Source: Candidatus Cloacimonadota bacterium
Lineage (GTDB): Bacteria; Cloacimonadota; Cloacimonadia; Cloacimonadales; TCS61
Assembly: GCA_030595905.1 (NCBI GenBank)
Contig: JAUVLE010000002.1
Span: 1-49,439, forward strand
DNA: 49,439 bases
Reading direction: 5' to 3'
The notes beneath the pieces were generated by a model, which saw nothing but the letters and a program-made list of their open reading frames with translations, ran no database searches and had not been told where the DNA came from. Within the stretch, counting starts at the first letter, position 1. The number at the start of each line of letters is the position of its first letter. Shown piece by piece: positions 43,744 to 49,439 of the stretch. Position numbers and translations under genes: made by a program.

Positions 43744-45117
43744 ATGAGAAGATGTTTAATAATTTTTTTTATTGTTTCAATTTGTATAAATAGCAGTTTC
43801 TTATATTCGATAGAAAAATTTTATACATATTACGACAAAGCTTTGAAGTATATGCAGAAAGGTGAATGGGAGCGAGCATTAGCCGAGTTTAAAAGTGCAG
43901 CCTCACTGGAATTTGAAGATGCCAGGAAAAAGCGCACTTACGGTACCAGGTTCATAAAATATTTTCCTCACAGGGAGATGGGTATCTGCTATTATAACCT
44001 GGAAGAATTTGATACTGCAATGGGCGAATTGCAGCTTTCTTATGCCTACAAGAAATCTAAACGTGCCGAGCAATTTATAAAAAAGCTAAGCTTTGATGGC
44101 AGGGACATCGATCTTGAAAAAAACATGGCTGAAAGAAAAAAGCATAAAAAAGAACAGGAAGAATTAGCTTTCCGCCAAAAAGAGATGGAAGAACAAAAAC
44201 AAAAAGAAGCGGAGTTAGCTCAAAAACAAAAAGAGATCGAGGAAGAGAACAAACGCCTGGAGAAAGAACGGGATAAAAAAGAAAAAGCAGAATTAGCAGC
44301 ACTGGAAAAAGAAATCCAAAAAAAACAAAAAGAACTTGAAAAAGAGAGAAAGAAATTAGCAGAACAAAGAAAAAGAAAATCAGATATCAGCAAATTACCA
44401 CTCGGTGCTTTAACTTATGATCCGAACGCAGTAACCCAGGTCGGCTCTCGTTTATCTGTTGCAGTGCTCACTTTTGCAAGTAACGAAAAAGCTCAGAATC
44501 TTGCAGAATCTGTAACGGAAAAACTGGTAACACAGCTTGTTAACCTTCGCCGTTTCCGGGTGATAGAAAGAAGCGCCCTGGATAAAATTATGGAAGAACA
44601 AAAGCTTGGCATGACAGGATTCGTGGATGATGAAACTGCGGTAAAAGTGGGAAAACTTGCAGGTGCGGATTTAATTATTCTGGGCAGAATAAATATCGAG
44701 ATCGGCTTTGCCAAGGTCAGTGCACGCGGTATAGATACGGAAACCAGTGAACTCATCGTGGCAAAAGAAGCTGATTCAGGAAATACTAATATCGAAACTA
44801 TCGAAAGACTGGTGGAACAGGTCGCAATAGATATTTATAATGATCTGCCGCTGGTCGAAGGCATTATCATGGAAGTTGAAGATACTCAGATTATTCTGAG
44901 CATTGGAAGTGAGGTGGGAGTTCGAAAAGGTACTAAGTGTGTTGCCTATAAAGAAGGAAAGAAATATTACCATCCGCAAACAGGTGAGGTTTCTGGAGTT
45001 AACGTAATTCCACTGGGAGAATTAATTGTTATCCAGGTTCAGGAGAAAATGTCGATTGCAAAAGCAATTGGAAAAATTGGAAATATTCAGGTAGAAGACA
45101 AAGTAGTAGTAAAATAA
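43744..45117 (+). CDS. Secreted protein: TPR-like N-terminus, K/E-rich coiled coil, CsgG/LpoB-fold domain
   Basis: Signal peptide. About 100 aa of EKQK-type heptads. LSVAVLTF...RFRVIERSALDKIMEEQKLGMTG...AGADLIILGRI resembles the CsgG-family core. Confidence 0.5.
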   Translation: MRRCLIIFFIVSICINSSFLYSIEKFYTYYDKALKYMQKGEWERALAEFKSAASLEFEDARKKRTYGTRFIKYFPHREMGICYYNLEEFDTAMGELQLSYAYKKSKRAEQFIKKLSFDGRDIDLEKNMAERKKHKKEQEELAFRQKEMEEQKQKEAELAQKQKEIEEENKRLEKERDKKEKAELAALEKEIQKKQKELEKERKKLAEQRKRKSDISKLPLGALTYDPNAVTQVGSRLSVAVLTFASNEKAQNLAESVTEKLVTQLVNLRRFRVIERSALDKIMEEQKLGMTGFVDDETAVKVGKLAGADLIILGRINIEIGFAKVSARGIDTETSELIVAKEADSGNTNIETIERLVEQVAIDIYNDLPLVEGIIMEVEDTQIILSIGSEVGVRKGTKCVAYKEGKKYYHPQTGEVSGVNVIPLGELIVIQVQEKMSIAKAIGKIGNIQVEDKVVVK

Positions 45118-45122
45118 AAAAA

Positions 45123-45130
45123 GGGGGGGG
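45123..45130 (+). repeat. G8 homopolymer forming the ribosome-binding region of the next gene
   Basis: AAGGGGGGGGAAGATG. The tract ends 3 nt before ATG 45134. Confidence 0.9.
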
Positions 45131-45133
45131 AAG

Positions 45134-46312
45134 ATGAAGAAGGTTATTGTTGTTTTATTTTGCATTTTTATTGGTTTTAACTTGCATGCAGCTGACTGGA
45201 ATATAACCGGTGCAGGTGCCAGAGCTGCAGGTATGGGGGGAGCGTTTATCGGTGTAGCAGATGATGCTACTGCCATTTCTTGGAATCCTGCTGGATTAAC
45301 CCAACTATATCGTCCTGAGGTGTCTCTAGTCGCAAGATATATTACAGAAAACTATAAATACGAATCCACTTTTTTTTCAAACTCAGTTGACAATCAAGGT
45401 CATTTTGTTGTTAATTTCGCCAGTGCTGCTTACCCTTTTATGAATGGGAAATTAGTTGCAGCTATTGCATATCAGAAACAACTTGATTGGTATAGTGGTT
45501 GGAAAGATGAAGATGAAAGTTCAACTGGTGGCGCAAATACTCTGATTCCGGGGATGGCTTATAGACTATTCCCTATTTTATCATTGGGCTTTTCAACTAA
45601 TATCTGGATGGGAAAAAGTGAAGAAGAAGGTGTATATGGTTACCATCCATATGAATATGATTATGATTATATTGATAGAACTGTTGTTTTCTCTGGTTTG
45701 AACTTCGTTTTTGGAATAATGGCAGATTTTAATAATTTACAGAAACCATTTCCTTTAAAACTTGGAGTGACTATGAGAACACCATTTGATTTGGAAGTGG
45801 AAGTGGAAGCTGATTATTACTATTATTATGATCTTGATTACACGAATACTGTAGATATGCCTATGATGTTAGGTTTTGGTACTTCATATAAATTCGGAGA
45901 GAACTTAACTCTATCTGCCGATTATGAAATAAGAGCTTATGGAAAGAGTGAAATTCACTATGAATTAGGCGGAACATCAGATTTAAGTGCTAGTGAGAAA
46001 AATCTTAACCAGATCAGAGTTGGAGCAGAATATCTTGTAGTGACTGATTTCGCTGTAATTCCTCTAAGAGCAGGATTCAAAACCATCCCAACCCTTCTCT
46101 CCAATGGTGAAGGTTATGAATATACAGATCAAACAAAAGGAACTGGATTTTCGCTTGGTACAGGTCTGATATTTGAAAGAGTTGCAATCGATGCAACTTT
46201 TGATCTATCCGGTTATAAGCAGGAATGGGACAATTGGCCTGATTATGGTGAAAATGAAAGTGGAACTTATAAAAAGTATAACACAACAATCTCATGTATA
46301 TTTTATTTTTAA
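45134..46312 (+). CDS. FadL/PorV-like outer-membrane beta-barrel protein
   Basis: Signal peptide. N-terminal hatch motif GARAAGMGGAFIGVADDATAISWNPAGL. Alternating beta pattern. C-terminal ...CIFYF. Confidence 0.6.
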   Translation: MKKVIVVLFCIFIGFNLHAADWNITGAGARAAGMGGAFIGVADDATAISWNPAGLTQLYRPEVSLVARYITENYKYESTFFSNSVDNQGHFVVNFASAAYPFMNGKLVAAIAYQKQLDWYSGWKDEDESSTGGANTLIPGMAYRLFPILSLGFSTNIWMGKSEEEGVYGYHPYEYDYDYIDRTVVFSGLNFVFGIMADFNNLQKPFPLKLGVTMRTPFDLEVEVEADYYYYYDLDYTNTVDMPMMLGFGTSYKFGENLTLSADYEIRAYGKSEIHYELGGTSDLSASEKNLNQIRVGAEYLVVTDFAVIPLRAGFKTIPTLLSNGEGYEYTDQTKGTGFSLGTGLIFERVAIDATFDLSGYKQEWDNWPDYGENESGTYKKYNTTISCIFYF

Positions 46313-46330
46313 AAAAATAAGGAGGATGAA

Positions 46331-47650
46331 ATGAAAACAAAACTATTTGTAGTTTTATTAATTTTAGGGATGTTTATTTTATTTGGTTGTGAAGAAGAGA
46401 CAACAAAACCTGATACAACTCCACCTACAGTTCAGATAACATCACCCGCAAATAATTCAACAATTTCCGGTACAGTTGATATTAATATCAATGCATCTGA
46501 TAATAAAGGTGTAGCAAAAGTTGAGGTCTATATCGATGGAACCTGGGCTGGTGAAACAACCTCCTCTCCATGGGGATTTATCTGGGATACAATCCTTGAA
46601 TATGACGATGATTATACATTACAGGCAAAAGCTTATGATACATCCAATAATATTGGAACATCTAGTCTTGTGAATGTAACTATAGAAAATGAAGCAGCTG
46701 AACTGTATGTAAGTACATCCACTATGAATTTTGGAACAACACAAACTGTAGATTATTTCTATATTTATAACGATGGAAATGGAATATTGAACTGGGAAAT
46801 TACAGATAATCAGAATTGGCTTACAGTTAGTCCAACAAGTGGTTCAGATGATGGAGAGAGGAGTACAATTACGGTAACAGTCGATAGAGGAGGTTTATCT
46901 GTAGGTTCCTATCAGGGTGAGATATCAATAACTTCAAATGGTGGTTCTGCTACAGTATCGGTTCAAATGGAAGTTGAGGAAGGTGAACCATTCGTTCTTA
47001 CCTTTAATAATCCTATTTTTACGGATATTGAGATCACCGTGACAGGGTATGGCACACAAACAGCCGAACCGGGAGGTAGTGCTGTGTTTAATTATTCTTC
47101 AAATCCCGGGTCAATTACTTATCATGCGGAAACAAGCGGTCAAACCACTGGTGGTTCACAAGTAGGTTTATTGTTAGAGTGGGATTATACTCATGATGTT
47201 TCAGGTCTGTCATCATACACTTTAAATCTTAACGTTAATTCCGATTATTTCTTTATTTATGTAGAGAACAACAGCGATCATGATTTTTCTCCGTTCTATG
47301 TAAATTATGGTACGTCATATCAAACTATGGACAATATTATTATTTACAATACCGGACTTACATACCGGATTGGTTATTATAGGGCGTTTACTTATACGGA
47401 AGTGCGCGCATACTGGCAGGATATGCCAACTTGGTATTACTATTGGATTCAGGGAACTCATTTCTATCTTCCCTTTACCGATAATCAATATGTTGTGCTT
47501 ACCGCTTCTTCTTCCAGAAACAATATAGCTGAGGATAACCAGATTCATACGGCATCTGATAAGAAAACAGGTAAAGTAACTCCTGGAGTAATCTCTAAAA
47601 AGAATTTTAGTAGTAATGGGATTTGTGTCTATGGAGAAGTAAAAGAATAA
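46331..47650 (+). CDS. Surface lipoprotein with Ig-like and BACON-like domains
   Basis: Lipobox ILFGC. PPTVQITSP...GTVDININASDN.GVAKVEVYIDG (Ig-like). NWLTVSPTSG...TITVTVD..GLSVGSYQGEISITSNGG (BACON-like). Confidence 0.55.
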   Translation: MKTKLFVVLLILGMFILFGCEEETTKPDTTPPTVQITSPANNSTISGTVDININASDNKGVAKVEVYIDGTWAGETTSSPWGFIWDTILEYDDDYTLQAKAYDTSNNIGTSSLVNVTIENEAAELYVSTSTMNFGTTQTVDYFYIYNDGNGILNWEITDNQNWLTVSPTSGSDDGERSTITVTVDRGGLSVGSYQGEISITSNGGSATVSVQMEVEEGEPFVLTFNNPIFTDIEITVTGYGTQTAEPGGSAVFNYSSNPGSITYHAETSGQTTGGSQVGLLLEWDYTHDVSGLSSYTLNLNVNSDYFFIYVENNSDHDFSPFYVNYGTSYQTMDNIIIYNTGLTYRIGYYRAFTYTEVRAYWQDMPTWYYYWIQGTHFYLPFTDNQYVVLTASSSRNNIAEDNQIHTASDKKTGKVTPGVISKKNFSSNGICVYGEVKE

Positions 47651-47660
47651 TCTGTAAAAG

Positions 47661-47711
47661 AATAAACCCTCATATTCCTTTTTTGAGGAGAACTATATGA
47701 GGGTTTATTTA
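47661..47711 (+). terminator. Putative terminator
   Basis: 15-bp stem AATAAACCCTCATAT/ATATGAGGGTTTATT followed by a T-rich tail. Confidence 0.55.
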
Positions 47712-47725
47712 TTCAAGGAGTCAAT

Positions 47726-49012
47726 ATGAAATTCCTACATATTTTTTTAATACTGTTTATTTTCAGGCTTGCATTTGCCCAAATTGATCTGAACTTGGGA
47801 CCAGACTGGAATTTTACCGGAGTGGGTGCCAGAGCAGCCGGGATGGGTGGAGCGTTCATCGGGGTGGCAGATGATGCAACTGCAATTTCCTGGAATCCTG
47901 CCGGACTTACCCAGTTGGATGAACCCGAAGCATCTGTTGTGGCAAGGGGACTCGTAGAAAAATATGAAATCAATTTTGACTATTGTACCGAAACTTATGA
48001 AGACGAACACGGCATCCTGAACTTCCTTAGCGGAGTATATCCATTCGATTTTTCCGGTAAACAGTTTGTTGCTGCACTTGCTGTGCAAAGACAACTCGAT
48101 CTATACTCCTATTATTATGAAGTATTGCTAATTGAAGAAACGAGTGGATCTGCTGAATATTTACACGAAACTTTTTCCGAAGGTGGTGCCAGCACGATCT
48201 CAATCGGCTTGGCTAATAGAGTTACTTCGATATTTTCATTGGGAGTAGCTGCCAATCTGTGGGTAGGAGAAGCCTACTTTGAATCAAGTGATATGGGTGA
48301 TGAAATAATTCCAAATTATTTTTGCAATTGGGATCTTTATCACAAATCTGATTTGACTTTTTCCGGAGTAAATTTTGTTTGTGGAGCAATGCTTGATTTT
48401 AATTACTCGAGCAATCCCTTTCCACTAAAGCTCGGTTTGGTAGTAAAAACACCTTTTGATTTGAACATTGATGAAGAATTCTTATTAGAAGAATATACAG
48501 ATGATAATGGAATTATATACGAACCCGAACCTGTTGAATCCACCAATTCCTACATTCTGGGAATGCCTTTGATGTATGGGTTTGGTGCTTCATACCGTTT
48601 GGGTGATTTTTTTACTCTGGCTATCGATATGGAATCCAGAAAATTTGGAGAAACCACCCTGAAAGAAGATTATGTGGATTTAACTGGAAATGAAGAAGAA
48701 ATAGAAAACCAGGATCTTAACCAGTTCAGGTTTGGCGGGGAATACCTGTTCACAGAATTATGGGATTTTGCTGTAATACCTCTGCGAATTGGTGCTAAAA
48801 CAGTTCCCACACTGTTTAATGATCTGGATGAAGAACAGGTTGTCGGCAATGCTTTTTCGTTAGGAACCGGTTTAATTACAGATCAATATTCGCTGGATAT
48901 TTCCTTTGAGAATTCTATGTTTGAGATCGATCGTGAAGTTCCTGACGACAATGGTTTTATTTACACAAAAACTATGAATACTCTCACACTTTCCTGTATC
49001 TATTATTTCTAA
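47726..49012 (+). CDS. FadL/PorV-like outer-membrane beta-barrel protein, paralog
   Basis: Same hatch motif GARAAGMGGAFIGVADDATAISWNPAGLTQL. C-terminal ...CIYYF. Confidence 0.6.
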   Translation: MKFLHIFLILFIFRLAFAQIDLNLGPDWNFTGVGARAAGMGGAFIGVADDATAISWNPAGLTQLDEPEASVVARGLVEKYEINFDYCTETYEDEHGILNFLSGVYPFDFSGKQFVAALAVQRQLDLYSYYYEVLLIEETSGSAEYLHETFSEGGASTISIGLANRVTSIFSLGVAANLWVGEAYFESSDMGDEIIPNYFCNWDLYHKSDLTFSGVNFVCGAMLDFNYSSNPFPLKLGLVVKTPFDLNIDEEFLLEEYTDDNGIIYEPEPVESTNSYILGMPLMYGFGASYRLGDFFTLAIDMESRKFGETTLKEDYVDLTGNEEEIENQDLNQFRFGGEYLFTELWDFAVIPLRIGAKTVPTLFNDLDEEQVVGNAFSLGTGLITDQYSLDISFENSMFEIDREVPDDNGFIYTKTMNTLTLSCIYYF

Positions 49013-49027
49013 ATCCGGAGGAATAGA

Positions 49028-49439
49028 ATGAAAAGAAATTTTCAATTTTTACTACTGATATGCCTGTTGTTACAGTTTGATCTGCTTCTTGCCAAAAAAG
49101 CACCGGACTGGGTTACGAACCGACCGATAAACAAAGAATTTTATATTGGAATTGGCTATGCATCCAAAGTGAAGGGCAGCAGTGAACATATCGAAATAGC
49201 TAAAAATGGAGCATTGAAAAACCTGGCTTCCGAAATAACCGTAAATATTTCCGGAGAGGTTATCAGCAGTGTTGTAGAAAAATCCGGTATACTGGAAGAA
49301 GAACTAAAATCGCTCATCCGTTCCACTACAGAAGCAGAACTGGAAGGATACGAACTGGTGGACGAGTGGCAGAATAAAAAAGAGTACTGGGTTTACTATC
49401 GGCTTTCTAAAATTATATACATAAAACTCCGGCAGGAAA
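49028..49439 (+). CDS. LPP20-like secreted protein (5' partial; runs off the window)
   Basis: My own translation: MKRNFQFLLLICLLLQFDLLLAKKAPDWVTNRP...YIGIGYASK...IAKNGALKNLASEITVNISGEV. GGAGG RBS. No stop before the window end. Confidence 0.45.
   Translation, partial: MKRNFQFLLLICLLLQFDLLLAKKAPDWVTNRPINKEFYIGIGYASKVKGSSEHIEIAKNGALKNLASEITVNISGEVISSVVEKSGILEEELKSLIRSTTEAELEGYELVDEWQNKKEYWVYYRLSKIIYIKLRQE

Overview
AT-rich 49.4-kb segment in which every credible gene lies on the + strand. It looks like an anaerobic, didermic bacterium; an FCB or Cloacimonadota-like origin is only a guess. No rRNA, tRNA, CRISPR array, transposase or integrase was seen.

Gene content, in order:
1. A redox and sulfur-relay supercluster (237-19865). 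It holds dsrE-like and tusA genes and three MvhD/FlxD paralogs. The ORF track truncates each paralog at an in-frame TGA that sits on a conserved Cys position, so I read these as selenocysteine. It also holds three HdrA-type flavoprotein loci: one split in two, one carrying a 1-nt frame break, and one described under point 2. The rest is FlxC/FlxB/FlxA-like (sulfhydrogenase beta/gamma-like) Fe-S and flavin subunits, an orphan hdrC, tusA-yeeE and two rhodanese lipoproteins. No HdrB (CCG-domain) gene is present.
2. An Hnd/HoxEFU-like NAD(P)H diaphorase operon (19936-30992) with no hydrogenase or formate dehydrogenase catalytic domain. HdrA takes that place. HdrA's first FAD module appears split between an HdrA-N::NuoE fusion and a HoxU/NuoG-N::HdrA fusion. 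A five-gene DRTGG/CBS-HATPase/PHP cassette lies between them.
3. A group-4 Mbh/Mrp-type membrane-bound [NiFe]-hydrogenase operon (31231-43525), preceded by a second FlxB/FlxA-like NAD(P)H module and followed by a maturation protease.
4. An outer-membrane gene set (43744-49439): a CsgG-fold protein, two FadL/PorV-like barrels, an Ig/BACON lipoprotein and an LPP20-like protein.

Intergenic gaps in the first 27 kb are packed with several families of palindromic repeats. These are related to a four-helix-bundle (23S rRNA IVS protein/Avd family) gene cassette. One copy sits between the two hdrA halves, flanked by a 10-bp duplication of the downstream start codon region. Another appears to carry a methyltransferase as alternative cargo.

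All functional calls come from motif recognition by eye. No database search was run.
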